Shown: positions 9,555 to 18,844, numbered from the stretch's first letter. The stretch is 64,000 nucleotides of DNA from an uncultured Verrucomicrobiae bacterium (GCA_963739345.1 CAVUAA010000001.1:1180714-1244713), one strand, 5' to 3'. The notes: a model not told the origin generated them from the letters alone. A program made the numbers and translations.

Positions 9555-9917
9555 CTAGCCACAGGTTCCCTCACCGCAGCTTCCCTCGTCCGACTTGTCC
9601 TCTTCTTCTGGCTTAGGATCGCCGCCACAAGTTCCCTCACCGCAAGACCCTTCGTCAGTCTTTCCCTCTTCAGCGGCAGCAGTAACTGAGCGCCAGTTGT
9701 AGCGGCTCTGCTTCTTCCCATCCTCAGGACGCTTTGGTCGCGGACACTTTCCGTCTTGGCAGGCCGCCAGCGGCTCTTCGTTGTTCAGCAGCTTGCTTCG
9801 CACATTGCTCCCCGACCCCAGATCGCAATAGTCGGTCATGGCTTGTAAGCCCTGTGTGCTGAGCACACCGGCTACCAATGTTCCCGCCGCGAGGGCTATA
9901 ATCTTCGTCTTGTCCAT
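9555..9917 (-). CDS. Secreted Cys-rich RiPP precursor with tandem EGxCG repeats (HvfA/oxazolin-like)
   Basis: 120 aa. Signal peptide MDKTKIIALAAGTLVAGVLSTQGLQA, 7 Cys, C-terminal repeat DEGSCGEGTCG x2 (coded at 9624-9656 and 9558-9590). GGAGGAG Shine-Dalgarno lies upstream of the ATG. Confidence 0.7.
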   Translation of the reverse strand: MDKTKIIALAAGTLVAGVLSTQGLQAMTDYCDLGSGSNVRSKLLNNEEPLAACQDGKCPRPKRPEDGKKQSRYNWRSVTAAAEEGKTDEGSCGEGTCGGDPKPEEEDKSDEGSCGEGTCG

Positions 9918-9966
9918 CTACTCCTCCATTTAGGTGATTGACGTTAACAATCCCTAACGTAGCGAT

Positions 9967-10911
9967 TCAAGCAGGAGGAGGCAATAAATTTTTCACTTTT
10001 TCTAACAAGCCGTCAGTCGGCAGAAGCTGCAGCTTGACGCAGGCTACGGGAAGAGGGAGCTCGCCCGAGCACTTGACCCAGTCCTTTTCCGTGCAGACCA
10101 ACATCTCAGCGCCCGCCGCTTTCGCACGGGTCGCATAGAGCGCCAGAGCCTTCCCATCAATCGGATCATGGTCGGGGAGACACTGCTCCGCCACAATATG
10201 AGCGCCCAAAGTCTCCACCGTCCGAACAAAACGTTCGGGTCGCCCAATCGCACAAAATAGCCCCACATGTTTTCCCTCCAAAGGGGGATCGCAATGAGCG
10301 ATAAACTCCGGATCGACCACCAGGCTCGCCCGCTCCAGCCCCCCTCTAGACTCACGCAGCCGTCCTCTTGGAAAAAGATGTCTCGCCTCCCCATCGTCAA
10401 CAGCGATCTCTACATCGCGCGCCAGCCGTCGGTGCTGCATCCCGTCGTCGAGAATCACCACCTCGGCACCCATCTCCTGCGCGAGCCTAGCCCCCGCCAC
10501 CCTGTCGCGCCCCGCAATCACAATCACTCCGGGCAGCTTCTCCGCCAATAGATAGGGCTCATCACCCGATCGCTTCCACGACATGAGCGGCCCATTCCCT
10601 GCACTGACCACCACCGGATCCCGCTCCCGCTCCGCCTCTCCTCGGTAGCCGCGCGAGACAATCGCCACCCTCCGATCTTTCGCCAATTCCTCCGCTAAAA
10701 ACAATGTCAGCGGCGTCTTACCGGTCCCACCAATCGCCACATTGCCGATGCTAATCACCGGAATTTTCACCCGATGCGTCTTAAGAATCTTCCAATCGTA
10801 GAGTTTGTTGCGAATCGCAACGATAAGTCCGTAGACCCAGCTCACCGGAATCATGAATGGAGAGAGCTGCCCCCCACTCCACAGCCGTTCAAGACGGTTT
10901 TTCATGCTCAA
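9967..10911 (-). CDS. lpxK: Tetraacyldisaccharide 4'-kinase
   Basis: 314 aa. P-loop GNVAIGGTGKTP, VSRGYRG motif. Confidence 0.85.
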   Translation of the reverse strand: MSMKNRLERLWSGGQLSPFMIPVSWVYGLIVAIRNKLYDWKILKTHRVKIPVISIGNVAIGGTGKTPLTLFLAEELAKDRRVAIVSRGYRGEAERERDPVVVSAGNGPLMSWKRSGDEPYLLAEKLPGVIVIAGRDRVAGARLAQEMGAEVVILDDGMQHRRLARDVEIAVDDGEARHLFPRGRLRESRGGLERASLVVDPEFIAHCDPPLEGKHVGLFCAIGRPERFVRTVETLGAHIVAEQCLPDHDPIDGKALALYATRAKAAGAEMLVCTEKDWVKCSGELPLPVACVKLQLLPTDGLLEKVKNLLPPPA

Positions 10912-11476
10912 AAAGCTGCTTTTCCATCACCTCAATGATGGTGTGTAGAGCCACCATGTGGGCCTCTTGAATTCTATCGGAAGTGGCAAATCCTTCGATG
11001 AGCAGCTCATGATCGGCCACCCCTTTCAGCGCCCCTCCCCCCTTTCCCAGAAACGAGACCGTGGTGAGGCCGAGCTGCTTGGCCCTCTCAAACGCCAACA
11101 CCAAGTTGCGCGAGTTGCCGCTCGTCGTCAGCCCAAAAAAAAGATCGCCCCGCTTTCCATACGCCTCAACGCCACGAGCAAATATCTGATCAAATCCCGC
11201 ATCATTACCCACACAAGTGAGATGGCCCGGCTCGCACAGCGCGATCGCCGGCAACGCCTTCCGGTCGCTCCGGAAGTACCCAGTCAATTCTTCAGCAAAG
11301 TGCATCGCATCACACAGACTGCCGCCGTTTCCCGCCGCAATCGCCTTGCCACCTGCCCTAAACGTCGCCGCAAGCGCAGTCGCCACCCCCTCCATGAAAG
11401 CGAGTGCCTTAACAGTCTTCAATTGAGCAACCGCCCTCTCTGCATCCGAAATCGATTGTAAAATCAAGTCTTGCAT
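10889..11476 (-). CDS. SIS-domain phosphoheptose isomerase-like protein (GmhA/DiaA family)
   Basis: AAGNGGSLCDAMHFAEELTG and TTSGNSRN motifs. The ORF-track N-terminal extension to 11734 runs antisense into glpD. ATG at 11476 (MQDLILQ). Confidence 0.75.
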   Translation of the reverse strand: MQDLILQSISDAERAVAQLKTVKALAFMEGVATALAATFRAGGKAIAAGNGGSLCDAMHFAEELTGYFRSDRKALPAIALCEPGHLTCVGNDAGFDQIFARGVEAYGKRGDLFFGLTTSGNSRNLVLAFERAKQLGLTTVSFLGKGGGALKGVADHELLIEGFATSDRIQEAHMVALHTIIEVMEKQLFEHEKPS

Positions 11477-11506
11477 CAGAGGCAATTCTACACTAATAAC
11501 AGCATT

Positions 11507-13087
11507 ATGCGCACTGATGTCCTCACCGAAAAAATATTTGATCTTCTCGTGATCGGCGGCGGCGCCACCGGCGCTGGCATAGCCCTTGACGCCGCCACCC
11601 GCGGTCTCGAAGTGGCTCTTGTCGAGCGGGATGACTTCGCGGCCGGCACCTCCTCCCGAAGCACTAAGCTCATTCACGGCGGCGTCCGCTACCTTGAGAG
11701 CGCCATCAAACACCTCGACGCCAAAGAATTTCACTTAGTAACGGATGCGCTTGAAGAGCGCAAAACCCTCCTCAACCTCGCCCCCCACCTCACTAGGCCC
11801 CTTCCCCTCGTCACCCCCCTCTACTCTTGGATGGACCTCCCCTACTACGTCGCCGGCCTCAAGCTCTACGACTGGATCTCCCGCAAATCGAGCCTTGGCG
11901 CCTCCACCTTCATCTCCGCCGCCCACGCCCTCCAGCGATTTCCTATGCTAAAAAAAGAGGGGCTCAAAGGAGCAGTCATCTATTACGACGGCCAATTCAA
12001 CGACGCCCGGATGAACGTCGCCATCGCCCTCACCGCCGACAAACAGGGAGCCGCTGTCTGCAATCACGTCGAAGTGACCAATTTCATCGATGGCGGAGCC
12101 CGCTGCCGCGACACCCTCAATGATCACTCCTTCGACATCCGCGCCAAAACCATCATCAACGCCACCGGCCCCTTCGCCGACACCCTCTGCAAACTCGACA
12201 ATCCCGACCACACGCCGCTCATCGCCCCAAGCTCCGGCGTCCACATCATCATCGACGCCAAGTTCTCACCCCCCGGCACCGGACTCCTCATCCCCCACAC
12301 AGAAGATGGCCGCGTCCTCTTCCTCCTCCCATGGGAAAACGCCACCCTCGCCGGCACCACAGATAATCCCTGTGACATCACATCCACTCCCCGCCCTCAC
12401 GCCGAAGAGGTGGACTACATCCTCCGCCACCTCAACCACACCTTCGATCTCAAGATCACCCGCAAAGATGTCCGCGCCGCCTGGTCGGGCATCCGACCGC
12501 TCGCCCGCAACCCCGAAGCCAAATCCACCGCCGACCTCGCCCGCGACCACGTCATTACCGCCAGCCCCTCAGGCCTCATTACCATCGTCGGCGGCAAGTG
12601 GACCACCTACAGGCGGATGGCTCTGCAAGCCGTTGACAAGGCGATCGAAGTGGGCGATCTCTCCCCCGCCGGCCCCTCCCTCTCCGCCACCACACTTCTT
12701 GACGGTGCCGACGGATTTACACCCCAACTCAAAACGTCGCTCGAAGCCGAATATGCCCTCGACCACGACATCGCCTCCCACCTTGCCCACTGCTACGGCG
12801 TCCACGCCACCACCCTCGCCGCCCAACAGCAATACAAGCGGCTTAGCCCCGACTACCCTTTCATTGAAGCCGAAGTGACCTACGGCGCCCGCCACGAGCT
12901 CGCCCTCACCGCCACCGACATGATTGCCCGCCGCATGCGCCTCGCCTTTCTCGATCAACAAGCCACCCTCACCGCCCTCCCCCGCATTATCGAATTGATG
13001 GCCGCCGTCCACTTCTGGGACCCAAACCGTTGCGCACAAGAGCTCGAAAAGGCACAATTCTTTCTAGAAACAATGAGAGCGTCATGA
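11507..13087 (+). CDS. glpD: FAD-dependent glycerol-3-phosphate dehydrogenase
   Basis: N-terminal [35 protein letters not shown]-terminal GlpD-type domain. ATG at 11507 preferred over TTG at 11471. Confidence 0.85.
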   Translation: MRTDVLTEKIFDLLVIGGGATGAGIALDAATRGLEVALVERDDFAAGTSSRSTKLIHGGVRYLESAIKHLDAKEFHLVTDALEERKTLLNLAPHLTRPLPLVTPLYSWMDLPYYVAGLKLYDWISRKSSLGASTFISAAHALQRFPMLKKEGLKGAVIYYDGQFNDARMNVAIALTADKQGAAVCNHVEVTNFIDGGARCRDTLNDHSFDIRAKTIINATGPFADTLCKLDNPDHTPLIAPSSGVHIIIDAKFSPPGTGLLIPHTEDGRVLFLLPWENATLAGTTDNPCDITSTPRPHAEEVDYILRHLNHTFDLKITRKDVRAAWSGIRPLARNPEAKSTADLARDHVITASPSGLITIVGGKWTTYRRMALQAVDKAIEVGDLSPAGPSLSATTLLDGADGFTPQLKTSLEAEYALDHDIASHLAHCYGVHATTLAAQQQYKRLSPDYPFIEAEVTYGARHELALTATDMIARRMRLAFLDQQATLTALPRIIELMAAVHFWDPNRCAQELEKAQFFLETMRAS

Positions 13088-13671
13088 ACTTTACCCTCCA
13101 ACTTGGCGAACAGGCCCCCGATTTCTCCCTCCCCGCCACCGACGGCCGCACCTACTCCGTACAAGACTTCGCCACCTACCCCGCCCTCTGCATCTTCTTC
13201 ACCTGCAACCACTGCCCCTATGTGCGCAACTCCGACGAAAACACACGCGTCCTTGTCGAAAAATATCAACCCCAAGGGGTTGCCTTTGTCGCCATCAACT
13301 CCAACTCCGAAGAGACCGTCCCCGAAGACTCCTTTGCCCACATGATTACCCGCATGGATGAAGAGGGTTTCCCCTGGCTCTACCTACGCGACGAGTCCCA
13401 GCAAACAGCGCTCGCCTACGGCGCCCTTCGCACTCCCCACTTCTACCTCTTTGATAAAGAGCGCACCCTCATCTACACCGGCCACGCCATCGAAAACCCC
13501 CGCCGCCCTGAAAAAAGCCACACCCACGAGCTACAAAACGCCCTCGACCAACACCTTGCAGGCGAGACCATCACCACCCCCCTCACCAATCCCGTCGGCT
13601 GCAACGTCAAATGGAAAGGGCACGACCGCCACTGGATGCCCCCGGACGCCTGCGACCTCGTCTCGATTTAA
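13084..13671 (+). CDS. Thioredoxin-fold protein (AhpC/TSA-TlpA-like, CxxC)
   Basis: [10 protein letters not shown] redox motif. ATG at 13084 overlaps the glpD stop (ATGA). Confidence 0.75.
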   Translation: MNFTLQLGEQAPDFSLPATDGRTYSVQDFATYPALCIFFTCNHCPYVRNSDENTRVLVEKYQPQGVAFVAINSNSEETVPEDSFAHMITRMDEEGFPWLYLRDESQQTALAYGALRTPHFYLFDKERTLIYTGHAIENPRRPEKSHTHELQNALDQHLAGETITTPLTNPVGCNVKWKGHDRHWMPPDACDLVSI

Positions 13672-13767
13672 GCGCGACTACAGCATATCTCGGGGCCTAT
13701 GCGCTTGAAGCAGAGTCTGTTAGTTGTTTCTAAAGAAACTCCCACTGATAAAGAATCAATGCAGGTG

Positions 13768-13796
13768 TTGAGATAAAATGGCGAAGAGGTTATAAT
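13768..13796 (+). promoter_or_regulatory. Sigma-70-type promoter candidate (TTGAGA-17 nt-TATAAT) for the 13806 gene; near-leaderless
   Basis: -35 at 13768-13773, 17-nt spacer, consensus -10 at 13791-13796, ATG 9 nt downstream, no Shine-Dalgarno. Confidence 0.45.
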
Positions 13797-13805
13797 CACA
13801 CAACT

Positions 13806-14618
13806 ATGGAAGAATATCAAACTGTAAGCAACGACTTGTCACGGCTCAAGCGGATGGAGATAATGGTCTACCCTCCCCCCGCTAACCGCCTATTGTGGCG
13901 CATAAATATTAACGGCACCAACTTCAGGATCCTCACCGAGGAGCCGCCCGAAAAGATGCCGACATCTGTGGAAGTGGACGTTCTATCGGATTTTAGACCC
14001 TCCCATCTGATTTTATTGGCTCCACTTACAGCCAAAAAAATAATCCACTTGAAATGCAAGACACTTATCAGCCTATGCCATCTTAAAGCGCGTAACATCC
14101 TGTTGGAGGCATCGGAGTGCACTGTACGATTAGATCAGAAAGTGGACGTGAACATCCTAAAAAAGCTTCGAAACAAGCTGACTGATGGACTTGTTAAAGA
14201 AAACGGCAACGAGATTCTCGAGGCGTTGGTTTCGATCCACGCGCTGCATACTGGGAAGCACGACACTAAGGCCACGTGGCAGTTTTTTGGTATCAACGAG
14301 TGCAAGCATGCTACTGACGCCAAACAGAGTCCTCCATCGCAAGGCACGCAAAAATCTTCGTGGTATGACGATCCAGAAGGGCGACGGGAATACCTGGCCG
14401 GGCTAGCGCAGAAGCGTAAGGAACCACCAAAACCAGGGGAACGCCTAGCTCAACTAATGCGTGAGAAAGAGGAAGCTGAACAGCAGATTCGTGAACTCCG
14501 TCAACAGGAAGAAGACGATTATAGGGCAATCGACGAGGATGAGAGTAATCATGCCTGCCTTAAAGAGAAATTTAGCCAGTACAAGCAGCTGCTGCTCGAC
14601 CGTCGAAACCGGAAATAG
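13806..14618 (+). CDS. Hypothetical protein, charged coiled-coil C-terminus; visibly AT-richer than neighbours
   Basis: 270 aa ORF, no TM segment or signal peptide, C-terminal EKEEAEQQIRELRQQEEDDYR-type helix. No homolog recognised. Confidence 0.45.
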   Translation: MEEYQTVSNDLSRLKRMEIMVYPPPANRLLWRININGTNFRILTEEPPEKMPTSVEVDVLSDFRPSHLILLAPLTAKKIIHLKCKTLISLCHLKARNILLEASECTVRLDQKVDVNILKKLRNKLTDGLVKENGNEILEALVSIHALHTGKHDTKATWQFFGINECKHATDAKQSPPSQGTQKSSWYDDPEGRREYLAGLAQKRKEPPKPGERLAQLMREKEEAEQQIRELRQQEEDDYRAIDEDESNHACLKEKFSQYKQLLLDRRNRK

Positions 14619-14651
14619 GACTCCCTGGCCGATGAGTTTTCAAGCCCATTG

Positions 14652-16250
14652 CTAGCGTTTCTGTCCCACCGTCACAACGGTCCCATCAAACTTCGTTAGA
14701 GTGAAGCCCTCGAAATTCTCATTAAAGAGGAACGACTCATTGTCGAGCACATCGATCGCAATCTTCTCGCCCAAGTTCATCCCATCAAACCCATCGCTCC
14801 GGTAGTGAACACCAGCGTGATCGCGACCAAGCGCAATATTGGCCGCCAACTTATTTAACTCTCCCCCAACCGTGAGCATAGCTGCTACTGGCACCAGCGT
14901 ATCATTGGCTCCATTAGGCTCGACCGGATTCGGAATCACAAATTGCTCGTTGAAAAGAGCCTTCAGCACAGTAACCGCCGCCCCCATCAACACGGCGTGA
15001 CCCGCCGGATAGGAAGGGTGAACCGGACTCCCCTCCGGATAGGCGAGGGGAAGAAAGTAAGAGTTGTAAGCGCTAAAAATCGCAGGAAGCGCAGCAGAGC
15101 TGATCAGCTGAGGATTGATCCCCTGATTAACAGCACCAGAGACTTGCTGCTGAACATAGAACCCATATTCCTCAGGACGGAGCCGCCTGTTCACCTGCCA
15201 CTTATGGAACCACGCAGCTTTTAGCCCCTCTTGAATGGCCTCCCGCAACAGAGTCATGTACTCGCTGATCCCAAACGTAACGAAACCATCCTGGGTCGGA
15301 TTGTTGATGTAGGGGTTCGCTGGGTCAAGTGCCGCCGCGCCGTACGTATTAAGCAATAGAAGAGCTCCAAATGCCGCTTGGCCCGGCGAATCTTGATGCA
15401 CATATTCAGTGAGATCACGCGGCGTACGCAGGAAGTGCGCCATACCATCGTAGGCAATTGCGCCGGCTGCCGCCCCGCCTGTCTCCACCTGGAGCCAGAG
15501 CGGGAAGGTGGTGACAAAGTCATTTGCCGTGCCGGCCGTAGGGACCCGGTAGTTTTGAGGAACAGTCGTCGCCCCAAACGGAATCGTTTGGTAGAGAAAC
15601 TGAGAAATGTAGGGCCCGATCAAGTCTCCAGGAGTGTTGCCGCGAAGAAACGTCGCAGGCGTCACCATTCCTGCAACTTTGGGCCCCCTAAAGTCGGTGA
15701 GCATATTAAGATTCGCAACAGCGCTTGCGACCGTTGCATCTGCGCCAAATGCATTGAACGGCACATCTCTTACCAAAGCAGTCCAGTAGAGCTCAACCAT
15801 CTCTCCTGCAGTCTGAGCCGATGCAAACGTTGGCGCTGGAGGTATCGCATGCAGCCAAGCGTCGTTGCCCGCTAGTGAAAAGGCGAGCGAGCCTTGAGGG
15901 TTAACCATCCGAAAGATCCCCTGACCCACCAAAATCGAGTTGAAATCAAAGTCGAGACCGGTCGAGAGAGCTCTAACTAATGACTGAAATGCCGGTGTGC
16001 TAGCAAATCCAGTCGTTTGATGCTGCAGTCCCTTGTTGAAGCTGCCGCGCAAATCAGCATAGCGCTGCTCATCACCGTTCTGAGGCTGCGGAGCCAGAGA
16101 AATCCTCTCATCAAAACCGGCAACTTCGGCCTTCACCGTATGCGCAGTCACCTGCCTTTCAAACCGCTGGAGGCGTAAGAACTCCGCGTCCGAAATAGCA
16201 GAAAGAGTCACCACAGGAATAAGTGCTGCTGCAACGATTAGCCGATTCAT
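14652..16250 (-). CDS. Secreted vanadium-dependent haloperoxidase-like / PAP2-superfamily enzyme
   Basis: Motifs KWQVNRRLRPEE, HPSYPAGHA, GRDHAGVHYRSDG. ATG at 16250 (MNRLIVAAALIPVVTLSA signal peptide) with GGAGG 6 nt upstream. Confidence 0.7.
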   Translation of the reverse strand: MNRLIVAAALIPVVTLSAISDAEFLRLQRFERQVTAHTVKAEVAGFDERISLAPQPQNGDEQRYADLRGSFNKGLQHQTTGFASTPAFQSLVRALSTGLDFDFNSILVGQGIFRMVNPQGSLAFSLAGNDAWLHAIPPAPTFASAQTAGEMVELYWTALVRDVPFNAFGADATVASAVANLNMLTDFRGPKVAGMVTPATFLRGNTPGDLIGPYISQFLYQTIPFGATTVPQNYRVPTAGTANDFVTTFPLWLQVETGGAAAGAIAYDGMAHFLRTPRDLTEYVHQDSPGQAAFGALLLLNTYGAAALDPANPYINNPTQDGFVTFGISEYMTLLREAIQEGLKAAWFHKWQVNRRLRPEEYGFYVQQQVSGAVNQGINPQLISSAALPAIFSAYNSYFLPLAYPEGSPVHPSYPAGHAVLMGAAVTVLKALFNEQFVIPNPVEPNGANDTLVPVAAMLTVGGELNKLAANIALGRDHAGVHYRSDGFDGMNLGEKIAIDVLDNESFLFNENFEGFTLTKFDGTVVTVGQKR

Positions 16251-16261
16251 TTCCAACCTCC

Positions 16262-16993
16262 CTAAAACGTATATCCAACCAGCGCGCGCAAGCCGCCATT
16301 CAGCCGCCAAAGTCGCGGAATCGTAAGCATCGCGCCAGCCGAATTATTCACTCGTACCGCACCGAACCGGTTCCAATCAAAAAATGGGACCAATTCAAGT
16401 GTCAGGCAGCGGCAGATGTGAATTTGTTTCTGACAGGGGAGCTGAACGCGGAAGCCGTGCCCCCACGACGGGCTCAAATCGATGCCGATCAGCGTCAGCT
16501 GTGACCACATATCGGGTCGCCACTCAAACTGCACACCACACCGCCAATCACAAACCGGTCGCCACAAGTAAAATCCAATTGGAAAGAACACCTTGTCGTA
16601 TTGATAGAGTAGATTGGCCGCCCCCGGATCTTGCCGATTCTGGAACCGATCCCAGCCCACTCCCAGATAGGGGGCAACTTCAAAACCACACCACCAGTAA
16701 CTCGTCCCCACCTGAAGCTCGAGGAAGTACTCCGACAAATCACTTCTCTGGCACGGCCGTCCCGTGATCGGCCCCGCGTCCCAAGTCCCCTCAAAACCGA
16801 GCGATGCAAAATAGCCGCAGTACCGCGTCGTTATCCCTGCGCTCACACCCGCCTGATATCCCTCCAGATCAGATGGATTGTTAAACGCCACTCGCGTGTA
16901 GTTGAAGTGAGGACCGACATATACGTCGTAGTTCAATGCTCCGAGCAGAGCGGGAAAGATCAATAAAAGAGCTGGTAGCAGGTAAGTGCGCAT
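16262..16993 (-). CDS. Putative outer-membrane beta-barrel protein
   Basis: Signal peptide MRTYLLPALLLIFPALLGA, alternating aromatic/Gly-rich strands, C-terminal ...LVGYTF. Its stop is 12 nt before the haloperoxidase start. Confidence 0.5.
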   Translation of the reverse strand: MRTYLLPALLLIFPALLGALNYDVYVGPHFNYTRVAFNNPSDLEGYQAGVSAGITTRYCGYFASLGFEGTWDAGPITGRPCQRSDLSEYFLELQVGTSYWWCGFEVAPYLGVGWDRFQNRQDPGAANLLYQYDKVFFPIGFYLWRPVCDWRCGVQFEWRPDMWSQLTLIGIDLSPSWGHGFRVQLPCQKQIHICRCLTLELVPFFDWNRFGAVRVNNSAGAMLTIPRLWRLNGGLRALVGYTF

Positions 16994-17094
16994 TAGGGAA
17001 AATTTATGACACAGACCCTGGATTTGGATCAACTTCTTTGCCCCATTCAGCCGGACTTGGAAATAATCAGCGCTGATGCTATGGATTCAAATAG

Positions 17095-18123
17095 ATGAGT
17101 AAATGGATTTTGATTGCCTGTTTGGCCTCGGCTAGCTGCTGGGCGTGTACCGACTTTCTCTTCAAGTGCGAAGATGGGACGGTGATCGCAGCCCGCTCAA
17201 TGGAATTTGCCCAATACCTCCCAACTGTCCCCACTGCGGTCCCCGCAGGCCAAAAGATGGAGAGCCCCGCCCCAAATGGGAAAAAGGGGATGACATGGAC
17301 GTCGAAATACGAATTTGTGGCGATGATGGTTGATAAAAACCTCCTCGCCGACGGCTTCAACGAAAAAGGGCTTTCGTGCGGTATTCTCTGGTTTCCCGAC
17401 GCTAAGTATCCTGATATCAGCGACAAACCGGATGATACGATTCTCGGCCTAATGGAGCTTCCCTACTGGCTCCTCGGCAATTTTGCTACCGTTGCCGAAG
17501 CACGCCAAGCGCTCAAGAGCGTCAACGTCTACAGCTACGTCGTTCCCTTTCTCAAAGAGGTCCCCACAATCCACTTTCCCATCCACGATGCGACGGGCGA
17601 TAGCATCGTGATTGAGTTTATCGATGGAGAAATGCACATCTGGGACAATGAGGTGGGCGTTTGCACCAACTCCCCCTCATACCCATGGCATACAACTAAC
17701 CTGCGCAACTACATCAACCTCAACGCCCTCAACGCTGGCAATACAACCCTTGATGGCTCCGTCCTACAGCAAACTGGACAAGGGACCGGAATGCTCGGCA
17801 TCCCTGGGGACTGGACTCCCCCCTCCCGCTTCGTCCGCATCGCTCTCTTCAAAGACTTCCTCACCCAGCCCAAGACGGCCGCAAAAGGAATCAACGCCGC
17901 CCTCCATCTCCTCAATACCGTTGATATTCCCTTCGGCGATGTTCGGGAGGGAGAGAAGAGCAACACCTTTGACTACACGCAATGGGCCGTTGTTAAGGAC
18001 CTCACCCATAAGAAGCTCTATTTCCGCACCTACGACGACCTCAACACCCACACGTTTGATAGCTCTACCCCCTCTGACGGAGCGCCTCATACATCAGCAC
18101 CGTCGTTGCCATCGCCACGTTAA
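17095..18123 (+). CDS. Choloylglycine hydrolase / linear amide C-N hydrolase (Ntn hydrolase, Cys nucleophile)
   Basis: Signal peptide ending ...SASCWA followed by CTDF (N-terminal nucleophile Cys after cleavage), 342 aa. Confidence 0.75.
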   Translation: MSKWILIACLASASCWACTDFLFKCEDGTVIAARSMEFAQYLPTVPTAVPAGQKMESPAPNGKKGMTWTSKYEFVAMMVDKNLLADGFNEKGLSCGILWFPDAKYPDISDKPDDTILGLMELPYWLLGNFATVAEARQALKSVNVYSYVVPFLKEVPTIHFPIHDATGDSIVIEFIDGEMHIWDNEVGVCTNSPSYPWHTTNLRNYINLNALNAGNTTLDGSVLQQTGQGTGMLGIPGDWTPPSRFVRIALFKDFLTQPKTAAKGINAALHLLNTVDIPFGDVREGEKSNTFDYTQWAVVKDLTHKKLYFRTYDDLNTHTFDSSTPSDGAPHTSAPSLPSPR

Positions 18124-18844
18124 GCGAGTCTGCAACACCTCTCATGGGAATCCGCACCTTTAGATCGGCCCCCTCCATCCACTTGTCGCTCAACCCCAGC
18201 TGCTCCGTCCCCACCACAATCGCCAGTGGGCTCGTCATGTCCACCTCCGTGTAGCTTTTTTCCGCAGCCGGCGTCGCGGCAAGCGTCCGAATCTTACGCG
18301 CGGCTAACCACTCCAACGTCTCTTCACTCGTCGCTTCAACGACCGGAATCGTGAATAGCGTCCCCACGCTCGCTCGCACCACATTCGGATTGTGCACGTC
18401 CGTGCACCGGTCGACCACAATCACCCCATCCACACCCGTTGCATCGCTTGAGCGCAAAATCGTCCCCAAATTTCCCGGCTTCTCAATCGCCTCCGCAATC
18501 ACAAAAAGCGACCCACTCAACTCATCCAACTTTCGATGTCTCTGCTTCGCAACGGCGAGCAGTCCATCGGGACGATCCCGATACGACAACTTCCGAAAAA
18601 CCGTCTCATTGCACTCCAACACCTCGCCACCCGCACGATCAATCAGCGCCCCCTCATTGCTCCCCAAAAACAACTTAGAACAGGTGTAGAGCCGCTCGAT
18701 CTCCATCCCCCCATCGACCGCCCGCAACAACTCCCGGTATCCCTCAATCAAAAAGAGATCAGACTTCTCCCGCTCACGTCGCTCACGCAACTTGACCGCC
18801 CCCTTCACCCCCTCATTTTGCAAACTTGTAATCACTTCTCCCAC
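18065..18844 (-). CDS. TrmH/SpoU-family RNA 2'-O-methyltransferase
   Basis: 259 aa. SPOUT motifs GNLGTILRS, IVVGTEQLGLS, IPMRGVADSLNV. Confidence 0.8.
   Translation of the reverse strand: MGEVITSLQNEGVKGAVKLRERREREKSDLFLIEGYRELLRAVDGGMEIERLYTCSKLFLGSNEGALIDRAGGEVLECNETVFRKLSYRDRPDGLLAVAKQRHRKLDELSGSLFVIAEAIEKPGNLGTILRSSDATGVDGVIVVDRCTDVHNPNVVRASVGTLFTIPVVEATSEETLEWLAARKIRTLAATPAAEKSYTEVDMTSPLAIVVGTEQLGLSDKWMEGADLKVRIPMRGVADSLNVAMATTVLMYEALRQRG

Noticed and set aside
9545-9721. N-terminal 59-residue extension of the DUF692 ORF
   Set aside because: It overlaps the precursor gene in another frame and has no homology to the family. ATG at 9544 lies 10 nt after the precursor stop.
11477-11734. 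N-terminal extension of the SIS-domain ORF, and similar extensions of rplU (28844-28879), tolR (60938-61174), sdhA (55575-55655) and dksA (23748-23975)
   Set aside because: The extensions run antisense to, or overlap, neighbouring well-supported genes or structured elements. Internal starts give canonical N-termini.
12090-12878. Long ORFs with Pro/Ser/Thr/Ala/Arg-rich translations on alternative frames or strands (for example 12090-12878, 3375-4178, 26351-26953, 43706-44383, 53056-53772, 53910-54980)
   Set aside because: They lie entirely inside well-supported genes (glpD, icd, ABC permease, SEDS, sdhB, sdhA). They have low-complexity composition and no motifs, so they are shadow ORFs expected in GC-rich coding DNA.
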